64,000 nucleotides of DNA from contig NC_086108.1 in assembly GCF_963921235.1 (NCBI RefSeq), positions 63,118,001 through 63,182,000 on the forward strand, given 5' to 3'. This stretch comes from Mobula hypostoma. Its lineage: Eukaryota. Position 1 is the stretch's first letter, and the number at the start of each line of letters is the position of its first letter. The position numbers and the translations under genes were made by a program. Shown here piece by piece: positions 13,748-25,900 of the stretch. Under the pieces are notes generated by a model. It searched no databases and was not told where the DNA came from. It saw only the letters and a list, made by a program, of their open reading frames with translations.

Positions 13748-14052
13748 AAGCATCCGTTAGTCTTGTGAGACCATGGATTTGCAACTTGGAAGGTTTCTAG
13801 GGCGTAGGCCTGGGCAAGGTTGTATGGAAGACCAGCAGTTGCCTATGCTGCAAGTCTCCCCTTTCCTTGCCACCGATGTTGTCCAAGGGAAGGGCACTAG
13901 GGCCGATACAGCTTGGCACTGGTGTCCTCGCAGAGCAATGTGTGGTTAAGTGCCTTGCTCAAGGACACAACACGCTGCCTCAGCCAAGGCTCAAACTAGT
14001 GACCATCAGATCACTAGATGAATGGCTTAACCACCTGGCCATGTGCCAACAC
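13748..14052 (-). mobile_element. tRNA-derived CORE-like SINE with RTE-type tail
   Basis: Minus strand starts gtgttggcacatggccaggtggttaag (A box), has a degenerate B box, then gtccttgagcaaggcacttaacc. Confidence 0.7.
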
Positions 14053-14261
14053 TCACCTATCATATGTGATAGTGTTAGAGAGATCCAGAAAGGGAGGGGA
14101 AACATCAGAGATGGATCATGTGAAGATGAGAGCAGGGTAGAGTTATGAAATTTTCAACTTTCACATATCTCACAAAAAGGTTAGTATAGCATTGACACAT
14201 GCTGTATTTTTAATCAAGTGAGAGTGAGTGGAGTTAGAGGAGAAGTTGTTCATTGTGAAAA

Positions 14262-14743
14262 TATCAAGGCGCTGGAGCAAGGATCCAGTCGCACAGCCAG
14301 TACTGTCCACACAGAGATATTAATTGAGTAATAAATCCCGAGGTGCAAACAAAGTTGGCGTCAAAGTTCAGGCAGAGATCAGAACATCCAGGGAAATCCA
14401 AAAACCAAAATCAGGAACTAGGCAGAGTCAGTATTCAGACAGACAGAGGACAGATACAAATACTGGAAAGGCTCAGGAAAATTCATTGGCACAATCTGGC
14501 AACAAAGAGGTGAAAACACAGGACTGAAATACACTGAGCAATAAACAGAGGGGCAGATGATGGGTGGAGCACAATGAGACACAGGTGGCAGCAATACAGG
14601 TAATAATGAGAAACAGATGAGAGACGGAGTACTCAGTAATACAGGGGCTGGAGTAGAGCAGGAGCACATTGCAATACAAAACCACAGACTGACAGCTAGG
14701 GGAAAACACACAAAAAGACAGAGTTCAACCAGAGGTACTGACA
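14262..14743 (-). mobile_element. Solo LTR (Gypsy type)
   Basis: Termini tatca...tgaca flanked by a 5-bp TSD GAAAA (14257-14261, 14744-14748). Confidence 0.75.
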
Positions 14744-15294
14744 GAAAATCAGATTAGTCTAGCAAGTGCATTTATTAGGGAAGGACTGGTTGGGCACTCT
14801 GTTCAAGGAAGAAGCAGAGGCCTCTGCAAGACAAAGATCAGTTTGAAGAGATTGTACATCCATGATAAAGGTGAGATTTGAGACCAGCAAATTGGAAGCT
14901 GTCAGGGTGGTGACTGGCATCAGTGGTGTCACTAGTGTTTGGGAAGGGACTGGACCAGAGAAGAATGGAAGGAATCAATATAGGAAGAAATAAGTTTGGT
15001 TAGAAAAGAGCAGTTGAAACAATGTGCTTGCCCAAATCATTCTTAATTTTAATCTTAGGCAGAATGTAGAAATTGGCTGCATTGGGTTGAGAGACTGTAA
15101 AGCTGAAGGCTATTGGAGGGAATATTCTCTGAAGAAATAGGGTCTGTGAATGTCTGAGACAACGTACCTTGATATTCAGTGATAGGGTAATGGTCCTGAG
15201 GGAGGTGTGAGGAGGTACTTCTGAGCTAAAGTTTGGTCTCTGCTAGACCGAGGTCAGTTTGTCAGATCACGAGAACATCACCCTTGTGTTGAGC

Positions 15295-15830
15295 CATTGA
15301 CAAATACAGTACTGAAGCAGACTCTTCAGCCTCTATGTCAATATCGTCATTGTGTGTGTCTGTAACTAATTCCATTTTCTAGCACTTGGTTAATCATCCG
15401 CCATTCCATGGCTTATCATGTGCTCCTCGATACACTTAAATGCTGTGACTGTACCTACCTCCACCACCCTTTCAAGTGCTGCATTCCAGATTTCAGTCAC
15501 CCTCTGAGAGAAAACACTCTTCCTCAAGTCCTCTGTAAGTCTCCCTTCTTGTACCATAGATCTTTGCCTTCTGGTTTTGAAGACCTGCTAAAAGGCCAGA
15601 TTTTCATAATGTTGTAGTTCCCAATGAGAAATTCCCTTCTGTCTTTTTCATTTAAAGGAAAAGAGCCCAGTCCATCTAGTTTCTCCTCATAACTGAAGCA
15701 CTCATCCTTGGCAACATACTGATGAATTTCCAGTTCCAATGCACGATCTCCAGTGAAATCATCTATTTCCCATAATGTACCCGCAGAACAGTACACAGTA
15801 TTTTAGCTGTAGACTAAATTGCTAAATTAT
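15295..15830 (-). mobile_element. Old CR1 3' fragment
   Basis: FSYEEKLDGLG and other degenerate CR1 C-terminal motifs. Confidence 0.7.
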
Positions 15831-16029
15831 TTTAAATTGCTCTGGATCTCATCATCTCTTTCCTCTTGTTAGTGGTTATGATAAAGATATCAGGGACAAT
15901 ATTAATCCTCCGGTCTTACCAGGTTATTGACCATACGTTCTATCACTGCTATAACTTTTCAGCTATTAATACCTTCCCTTCACACACCCTTTCTGTAACT
16001 TAAAGCTTACCAACTAACTTGTTTATTCT

Positions 16030-16160
16030 CTTTCCTGGTTTTGACAGAGACTTCAATCTGAAGTATTAATTTTGCTTCTCTTCCCACAGATGCTGTCTGA
16101 CCTGCTGGGTGTTGCCAGCATTCTCTGTTTTTATTTCAGATTCCTAGCATTTGCTGTTTT
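16030..16160 (+). mobile_element. Penelope-like pseudo-LTR fragment
   Basis: cacagatgctgtctgacctgctgggtgttgccagcatt...tcagattcctagcat. Confidence 0.65.
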
Positions 16161-19100
16161 GGATTTCTTTTACCAGAAGATCCTGTGCTGTCCTTTGCAC
16201 ATATTCATCCCCAGGGACAGGAAATGAAAACAGAAAACTCTCATTGGATAAAGACATGGTTAAATGACCAGAAAATAAACAATGTTACAAATAATAAGAT
16301 AAATCAGACACAAAATATTTACCCAAAAGAACTGTGAAATATTATAATAAAGTCGCAGTGATGAAAGTTATGATCAAAAATCTGGCAATACAGAAGAGTT
16401 AATACTGTCCCTATAATGTGTCTCCACTTGCAGAAGTCCCAACTATATGATCTATCCTGTACAGCTTCCAGTACTAATAGCATGTTGATAATATATATAC
16501 ATCAACAATACATATTATTGCTTGCTTCCTGGCATATGATCCATAGTTGTCTATTTTCAAGACCAATTAATGGTTCAGGCAAATAAAGGTTTGATGGTGG
16601 AAACTAACATTATTAATAATACTTTAACAATACAAAACCTCAGGAATGTATTACCAAGTGGAATACTAAGAGCAGTGCTTCAAATTATGGAAAAGGACTG
16701 GGTATCAAGAAAAGCTTTGTAAAACTTGCTAAGTTTTATGAGGGAATTTGTAGAGGTGCTCTAGGACACACAAGAATGAAGAGGTCATCCTCTGTTTCTG
16801 TTTCTGCACGTAATTACATGGTAAGCTTTTGAAAAGGGCTATTGTCATTAAAATCTTTTAGGATGCCCTGCTATGAACATTGCAGTTCAACATTACTCAA
16901 GACATCCAAACAATATAATACGTCCATTTTTCTAAACCAGAAACAATTAATGAATGTCAATTGTTATCAAATTTGCTGTCATTAAGAATTTTTATACTGA
17001 TTTGGTTTGGATGGTTGCATATATGAAGGTCTTTGTCAATTTGTTTTTTACATTAGCTTTGAAAATCCCATTTCTTTTACTGTGTGGATCTTTGAGTTCT
17101 TATCTTCTGTAACGTTACCCTCACATATTATTTCCACAATTACTTAAGCTTCATCTCGCACACCGGGATACTACAAAGAGCTGGTGTGAACTCAGTCAAC
17201 CAAATGCTCTCCCTCTGTGCCATTATGGCTCTGTAACAAAAATGCTATTACTGCATTTTTCTATCTGGATGTAACCAATTGCTGTCGTTGCCACTTCTAT
17301 GAAGAGCCCGCAAATCAAACGAGCTGGCAACTTGCTGCAGTAAGAAACAGAAAAATAATTTTTCTTCAAGTGACAATTTAGCCATGACATGGATCAGCCA
17401 AATCACATTCAGGAGGAAGTTGCCATATGTGATGAAGTTACACATATGCAAGTTATTTCTTACCTGTCTTCTTAAAATGGTTATTTAATCATTTTTACCT
17501 TGACTTCATCCACGCTCCTCCTCTGTTTGGAAAATCCTTTGATCTTTGTTTGCAGCACAATATGATTAGATTTCTGATATCAAGGGTCTGTAGACCTTTT
17601 TCTTCTCCTTTGGAAGTAAGCAAGCTTCCCCAGTCGAAAGCAAAGTTGGTCTTTCTGCCACAATAACATCTTACGTAGTGAAACAGGTTTTCATCTGATC
17701 AATCACATAAAACCAAAGGAATTTCAGCTCTGTTTCAAATTTAATCTTTACAGTCTATCAAGTATAAAACACAACACTTTTAAGTCCTTTGAAGTGAGAT
17801 TATCAAACATATTTAATTGCACTCCAGACATATACACAATTTACAATGGGAAACAGATGTCCTCGGTACAGTGCTGAACATCCTGGCAGATGATAAAACT
17901 CCACATACTGGTATCATTTTTACAAACATGTAAACCACACAGATCTTTTTTACATAATGGTATAACATAGTTTATTAAATCGGGGAAACAAACCCATTTA
18001 ATCTCTCAAGCAATTTCTGCTAGCAATTTAAAGTTCATTACACTGCTCCTAAAGTTTCTCAGTTTCCAACTATCATATAAATTGCACAATCAATAACTGC
18101 AATAAATAAAAAGTGGTTTTAGACCTTTGATCCAATATTATAATTCATTTGATGATTGGATATCATTTGAGTTTTGTTGGTAAATTGAACCTCCTTATTA
18201 GACTTCAACCTAATATGAACCCCTTTATTAGATTGCAGTTGAAATTCATTTCCTGTCCACTGGCTATTTACTCTTCACAAAATGACTTTCATGTATCCTT
18301 CATGCCTTTTATAGATAATAGGTGCATTTACAGTTTTGGTTTTGTGTTCTTTATGTTGGTTTCACAATAAAAATTGCAAATAGCCTGAAGCATTTGAGTA
18401 AAAGTTACACAGCCACTGAACACTACAAAAAAAAAATGCTGGGACAATGCAGTTTTTCAACCACCATTGAAACACAACACAGGAAACATCTGGGGCCCAA
18501 ACTTTTGCAGGCACGCATGTTGTGCATCATTCCCATGTGTCTGCTCATCTATGCTGCACAGAGGAAATCTCAAGGGAAATGGGTTTTAGCCTAAGGACCA
18601 ATAAAGTTTGTCTGGTATTGTTGTTTGCCTGCTATAAATATGCCCAATCATCAAATAGAGAAACACATTTCTCTAATGAAATATTTAAATCACATAGGCA
18701 ATTTTCTAAATGAAACAATCAGACCAAAACAACCAGAATCACTTTAAGGATGCTATTTTTTATTATTAAAATAGTTTTACTACATTTTTGTAGGTATTAT
18801 GACAACAAATATAAAGTCTTCCTGAAGCTTGTTGATCACCAGAGGGAATACAGAACTATTATGCAAAACGTCTGATTGCCACAGCATTCTAGAGAAAATG
18901 GCCAGAGTTCATTCAAAATCCTTTACACTTTCCAAGTGAAATTACTGTTACTAGATCACTGCCTTTATTCTTTATGTGAAAGATTGTACTGCATAAAATG
19001 TAAACTGAAATTCTGGATGATTCAGTTGGAAAAATGTATATTGGATGCGTCCAATAAAAAATAATTTAATGTAAAAACTGTTAAAATGTGCAAGCAGTTT

Positions 19101-21959
19101 CATTTTTGTAATAACATTAAACTATCTTGTAAATCAGAGGTTCACACCAGGGAGATTCACACAGATGTCAAGTTGTTCTCTGAATTGAGGTTCCAGCCGC
19201 ATATGCATTGAAATTGCAGTGGCAAGTTTATTTTTCACTAATGCCATCATTGTAAATGTACACAAAAACGTGTTAAATTATTGATTGTCATTGACTTATT
19301 ATTTGGAAGAAAGGACTTTACAAATTTATAATAAACCAATGCTGAAGGTCATGTGGGAAAATACAACACCTGCTTTTAACACTATCTCCGTATTAGGAGC
19401 AGGCTTGGTTTGGTGGGGTCCAGGGGGTATTCAAAATAATGGATAGGACACCTCATACTGCTCTCCCAACACATTTGTGCCAGCAATCAATATAATTGTA
19501 ATGTTTCCTGCAATTTTTTTGGCCATCTGCACGCAGCCTCTTCATTACATAATTGTCAGGTTGTTAAGACCCGACACTATCCAATCTGCAGCTTACAACA
19601 GCTGTACTAATGCCTGATCACCTCCACCTTCCTCTCCCCCAGTGACTAAAACCAGGGGAGGCCCAGGTAAGCTATTATTTTTATTTCTGTAAAGTTGTCT
19701 TGCTGGCTGAGAAGAATATCTCTGCGGTCATGGATCCGTGATTTTCTGCTTTGCTCCTGTACTTAATCACACTGAGAGAAATTAAAGTGTGTTGTCTGAG
19801 TTTAAAAGGCAGGAAGCTCACATGAGCCTGCTGTTGTGCTTCTCTATGCACCAGGCACATGCTTGCATACATAAGGCTCGATTTCAGATTGAAACTAAAG
19901 CTGTTCATCTAATTCATAATTTCAGAGTGAAAACACAAACATAAAATTTGGAAACATAGTCACTGGACCTCAGACAGTAGATTATGATCAGGTTCTAGGG
20001 GTCAGCATTGGCCTATGCTGACCACCAAAAGGCCGCTTTCCTTGTTGTCCCTCTCTATGACTACTATTGTTTAATACTTCAATGTGGAAGAGAGCATAAA
20101 TCCCTGATTAGACGAACTGAAGGTAATGGAAACCAAGGGTAATTTCTCCTTCTCCAGTTTCCCCTGGGATCAATAAAGTATGACTATGACTATGTTTGCC
20201 TGCCCTTTCCTAGTACAGTGCTCCCATTGCAGGTGCTTTGAACTTGGTAGGTATACTCAAAATACATTAAGTGCCATTGGCAAAGGAAGTTGTTTCTGAT
20301 GGTGAAGTATTTCAGGATGGACTATCGCTTGGTTAACTTCTTGCTGAAGAAATCCATAACTCTAAACTCTGCACTGGTTTCATTCCTGCACAGCTGTTAG
20401 TTCATCATAGTCCTTGAACGTGCTTCGCAATTGCTTGTGCTGTCTCAGTAGCAGTGATGGAAAGGCAGAATTGAAGCAGAAAGCAACTTTATCAAATGGG
20501 ATAAAGTTGTTTATCAAACCATGTATGAGAAGAATGAAATTGAGAGTCAGCAAAGGAACCTTGGTAAAGTAATCTAAACCTGCACTCTGAGAGACATTTA
20601 ATTCACATCAGAAATTCCCATATCAATAATAATGGTGGCATTCACAACTATAGTCACTGAAGTATTGTATAACAATGAATATATTACTGACATCAATACA
20701 AAGACAATTATTATTCGAAGGTTAGTGAGTAATAGTCAAAATGGTGTCAGGAAGTCTAGAAGAAATTTTCATCTAAAAATAATATATTTGCTGCCTGATA
20801 AAACAATAAAACCTATGTTTACTTGGATCTGAATACCTTTAGGGCTTAAAATCAGTTTCACAGATATTTGATGAAACAATGGTGAATCTCAAAGACATTA
20901 ATTGCAGATACAAGTATGAATGTGTTTCTTAATTTCCTCCCTTACCCTTGTTTCTGTTAAGACAGCCAAATGCCTCTTTAGTACTCCAATAGCTGTACGG
21001 TGGACATCACTGGTACACTACTGTAATCATGGGTGCTTGCTATTATTGTAACTAAATGCATATCAGAATTTTGGATGAGCTCATGGCAAAATTCAAGCCA
21101 CAAACAGTGCCCCATTGTAGTCAATTTACACAGGTTTCCTGAAACATGTTCAAGTTCAGCTGGCCTGCCTGAAAACGGGAACAGTGGCATGAGAACAGCC
21201 AAATGAGTCATGAAGTAAGCAACTGGAACAATTTTGTAGGTTTGCCTTTTTAAAATGGGATAGAATTAGAATTTGGGTGAGAACCATGAAGTGTGCATCA
21301 TAGCTAATATCAATATCATTTAGTCTGCATCTTCCTGATTGGTTTGATTCCTCTACTCGATATTAATGGCTTTGCAGGATCTGTGATAGTTTCTGATAGG
21401 AGCTGAAAATCCAGCTAGTTTCCCTCTGTCAGCAGGGCCACGATAGATGAGAAATGCAGCCAGCAGCTGACTTGGGACATAATCACCGAAAGATTTAGAC
21501 AGCAAGAGCCTCATTTATACATTCACCAGCCAGCTACCTTGCTGGGGATGCAGTCTCCTAGGAGTGTACTGGGTCACAGTGGACACATGGGGATATTTTC
21601 TTCTTTTTAGCACCCTGATTTATAAAGGACAATGTTGCATGAGTCAGATGATAGAGGTCACAAATAAATACCTTATTGTCTTCTGTGTTATCCTTTGCCT
21701 CTTCATTCATGTCTTTCCTAGCTTTTATCATATTGAAGTTTCCCCAGTAATCGCCAGGCTCACTTCCTGAAATTACAGCTTTCTTCTACTCCATTAACTG
21801 CCTGTTCAAGTAACGCCAAACCTTTTAGGTACCTTTACTTCCCTTGATATTTTCTGACTTCATTGTGACTCATTTGCTTGGAGCGTCCTGACAGCATGGC
21901 TTCATTTTCCTGTTTTAAGCTTTCCAATAGGACCAGTTTGAAAGTGAGCTTAGCACTCA

Positions 21960-22335
21960 TATAGAATATAGAACGATAGAGCACAGGAACGGCCTCTTCA
22001 GCCCAGTGCCAATCTAAACTAATTCCATTTGCCTGCACTTGTATATATCCCATTATTACTTGCCCATGTATCAGTCTACATGCTTCTTAAACATTGCTAT
22101 TGCATCTGTTTCTCCCACCTACCATGGCAGCATGTTCTCTCTGTAAAAGAACTTGCCTCATTAATCTCCTTAAAATTTTTCCCCTTTCACCTGACTTCCA
22201 GTATTTGACATTTCTACTTTGGGAAAAAGACTCTGACTATCTACCCTATGTATATCTCTCATAATTTTACATATTTCTATCAGTTCTTCCCTCAGCTTCC
22301 GATGCTCCAGAGAAACCAACCCAAGTTTGCCTTCT
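21960..22335 (-). mobile_element. CR1 3' fragment
   Basis: LEHRKLREELIEICKIMRDIHRVDSQSLFP. Confidence 0.8.
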
Positions 22336-22507
22336 TGGACCAAATACACTCTTACCAATTTCAAAATAATACTCATTTTTGTTTTGTTTTCAAACAGATG
22401 TTATTAAATAAAGATAATTATGGGATTAAAACATTTTCATTTTGGACCTTCAAGGATTTTAAAAGTGTATTTTATACCTATTAGTCAAATGCATAAATAG
22501 TTTCAGA

Positions 22508-22513
22508 TTTATT
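22508..22513 (-). promoter_or_regulatory. Candidate polyadenylation signal for the RNF170-like gene
   Basis: AATAAA on the minus strand about 180 nt after the stop codon. Confidence 0.4.
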
Positions 22514-22693
22514 AACATAAAAACAGTTTAGAGGGTCTGGTTATATTTTTTTACAAACAAGGATATTAAATACTAAGCAATAGTAACATTAAAAATCTGT
22601 GTACAGGTATCAATTCAAATTACTAAAGCATATTTACAGTTTTCCTTGAACATTTGTTAGAAATGGTTACAGACACTGAGTTGTGGCATTTTT

Positions 22694-22960
22694 TCAAGTG
22701 GCTTCCTCTAGCCCCATCTGCTGGCAAATATTAATCATGCAGAAAAGCAACAGGATTACAACTGTCAAATCATCAAAAGTCCTCAAGATCCCACTGAACG
22801 CTTCAGGTATAATATCAAGAGGAGAAGTAAGGTGGATGATGGCTCCAAAGAAGCAAATTGCAATCCTTAGACGGAAGATCCACACTAATCCAGTCATTGT
22901 CAAGAGCCCTCTGAAGGCCATCTGGAGCAACAGTGGCATGTCAAAGACATAATCTGCAAA
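22694..22960 (-). CDS. RNF170: RNF170-like terminal coding exon (TM / DUF1232-like region, FADYVFDMP...GLEEAT*)
   Basis: ttttgatcag acceptor; 267 nt open to TGA; motifs [19 protein letters not shown]. Confidence 0.92.
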   Translation of the reverse strand, partial: FADYVFDMPLLLQMAFRGLLTMTGLVWIFRLRIAICFFGAIIHLTSPLDIIPEAFSGILRTFDDLTVVILLLFCMINICQQMGLEEAT

Positions 22961-25900
22961 CTGATCAAAAGCATTAGATGTTATGGGGAACAAGAATGAC
23001 ATGACAATATGCAATCAATAAATTACAATTAGGAGAATTTAATGGTGAATAAGAAAATGGTAGCAATAATAAATAAATATTTTTGTCTCTCCTTGCAGAG
23101 GAAAACAAAAAAAAAGATAAAACCAAAGAGTCTGGTGAGAATAATAGAAATTGATGTTAATGAACAGAATGTACTAAAGAAATTCAAAAAATTGTAAGTT
23201 ATTAAAACCTGATTATATGCATCCCAACATTTAAAAGGCGAATTCTAGAAAGCTCAAAGATTCGAAATTCTATAGGTTCTAGAATGTTTCCACCATAAAA
23301 AGTGTTGCTGCAAAACCTGGAGGTCTGCAGAGTTGATCTCTTTTCTTAAGGATTTACTCTAAGAAATTATGCACTCTTTGTTCACTAAACATCTCAATTT
23401 CACGTATTATGTGATTTTCTCAGTGATCAGTTTTCTACCTTCATATCTGAAACCTATGTAATGCATACTTACTTCAAACAATTGAAAATCTCATTGTGCT
23501 TAAAAAATCTTGGGGTCCTATGCCATTCTTACAATTGTTATTTAGATCGTCAATTGCTGGTTTTACCGAAGGCACAAACTAACAGTTTTTTTTAGAGTAA
23601 CAGGTGCAGAAATACTTTCATATCTACGTTGTCTATAAACTCCATTGATAGCACATATTCCAGCTTCCCTAAAGAATATCTTGCTGTTTGCTTCCCAGCT
23701 CTCCATATTACCCCACCATCTCCACTTCTCCAGATTATTGCTCCATATCGTGTCCATATCAGCTAGCAGCTACACAGACTACTGGTGCTTTAATTATAAT
23801 GTTTAAGTGAGGCATACTCCATCCAGAGATGTTGCCTGACCCATAAAGTATTTTGAGGATTCTGCATTTTAATTTCATATTTGTCATCTGCAGTGCTTTA
23901 TATTTTGGTTAAAGAACAAGTTGTTCGTGCATGCAGATTCCTTTGCTGAATAATCAAAGAAAGAAAAGTTTGCCAGTTCAAACTTAACCTAAGAATAATA
24001 AGAACAAATGCTGGAAATACTCAGCAGGTCAGGCTGCATGTGTGGAAATCCAAATTGGAAATATTAATTCTCTTTCTCGCGCCAGAAATGGGTTCACCTG
24101 GGGAATATTTCCAGCATTTCTGCTTTTATTCTAGATTTCCAGTGTCTGCAGTTTCTTTTTGTTCATTTTGCTGAACCATCATAAAGTAGATTATAAAATC
24201 TTGACAATTACTAAACATTTTCATTATTCTTTAGATTTTTCTTATTATATAAATCTAAAGATTTGCTTTGATTTGTCTTAATTTGTGAAAATAGGTCTCA
24301 TGAGACAACATGACCATGAAACTGTTGTGCTTCTCCTACACTGAGGGTAGATCGACTTTCAAAGAGTAGGCTTACAGGTCGAGGCTGTCCAGAGAAACGC
24401 TTGTTGTATTCCCTGATATCTCGGAGGATCTGCTGCCCATGCCATTCCTGGTGATTCTCATGGGACAGACAACAGAGCAGGCTCACCTGAAGTAAAGAGA
24501 AACAGAGTTATCCCGATTCTTACGAGCATAAGGTGAAAGAATGAAGTGGGCTTTTGCTTTTACACAGTAGCAATATACAGTATGTTCAGCGGGATTATAA
24601 TAATTTATTGCAGCTAATTTAGCATTCCCACTCTTAATTTGAATTTTACTAATGAGAAGTCTTTTATTTTTTAATACATAAAATACATTGAATTAGTGGT
24701 ACTAATTATTCATTAACATAACATTTAGGAAACATGATTATGATACATAAGAAAAGTATTAAATTTCTATCATAGAAAATAATAGTTATTTCATAATGTA
24801 CAAACATGATGACCATTCCTTGACCAGCACCATCTCAAAGACGTTCTAATAATTCATTTTGTCATTCACTATGACCTCTTTTCGTTCATGCCCAGTTTGG
24901 AAGCATATTAGATGTGGAAAATACCAGCCACTATATGTAAAAATCATGTCAATAATCTGTAGATGTCGCACTAATCTGTGAAATAGGAGCTGGTCGAGGC
25001 TTTCTAGTCCATCATAATTTTGATCTTGAAAGAGTCCTTACTTTAATAAAATCTAAATTATTAAAACCTATAGGTCTCTTATTAGGTATGTTTCTTGGAA
25101 ATGGCTGTGACATTTACACCAGCCAAGCAACTTTTTTTTTGCAGTTGACCTTTCAAATTGTCATTAGTGAGGCCTTGGCTCAGCTGGACTGAATCTCAGA
25201 GCCATTCCTTGTTGCAGTGTCTGTATCAGTACTGAGTTGGTTGCAGGCCTAGTCTACGACCTGAGAACACTCTATCTGCTGGCACTTTAGTCAATATTTA
25301 GTGCAAGCTGCATTAGCATAGACCCTGCTTTTCAGATGAGGTGTCAACTTTTAAAATTTGGAAAAACGTATAAATTTACCCATTGATATGTTTAACAGTC
25401 AACTGAGTAAAGATTTTATTTTGTGAGAAAGTTAGTGAATTTTCTTGAGGCTGTCCTTCATTATTCTTAGGGCAAACTTGTGACCACACCCTTCCTAGGC
25501 TTAATTTCAGATCAGCTGGAAGCCTTGAGTCTGGACAGGTGCTTCAGCCATATTGCTACCTTCATATTTGACAGAAAGCTTGAGGAATTTCCACCCCAAC
25601 ATTTCTGTTAGTAGAAATTATGTATGACTGTAGCTGTGCTACCACTTTGACTTCCATTTAAAATGTAAATGGCTTTATGTTTAGTGGCATTTATTAATTT
25701 CAATTTAATTAACAATTTCTTTTCATTCATACCTTTCTTCGACATAGAGGGCAGCTTACAGGTCCTAACCAAGACCCATGTTTCCAATATGCAATTATAC
25801 ATGGCCCTGTTGGTAAAAGAACAGCAGAAAATAGCACTGTTTAATAACTAAGCTGAAACATTGTTCTTTAACTTCTAAAATCAAGGTGTAAAGTCAGTTC

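Larger units (their letters stand above)
12890..15290 (-). mobile_element. Highly decayed Penelope-like element body, interrupted by a SINE and a solo LTR
   Basis: Purine-rich plus strand with wording typical of antisense PLE bodies; pseudo-LTR fragments nearby; no ORF left. Confidence 0.4.

Noticed and set aside
22961..23014. N-terminal part of the 106-aa ORF 22694-23014 as coding
   Set aside because: Intronic; homology begins at the acceptor at 22960.
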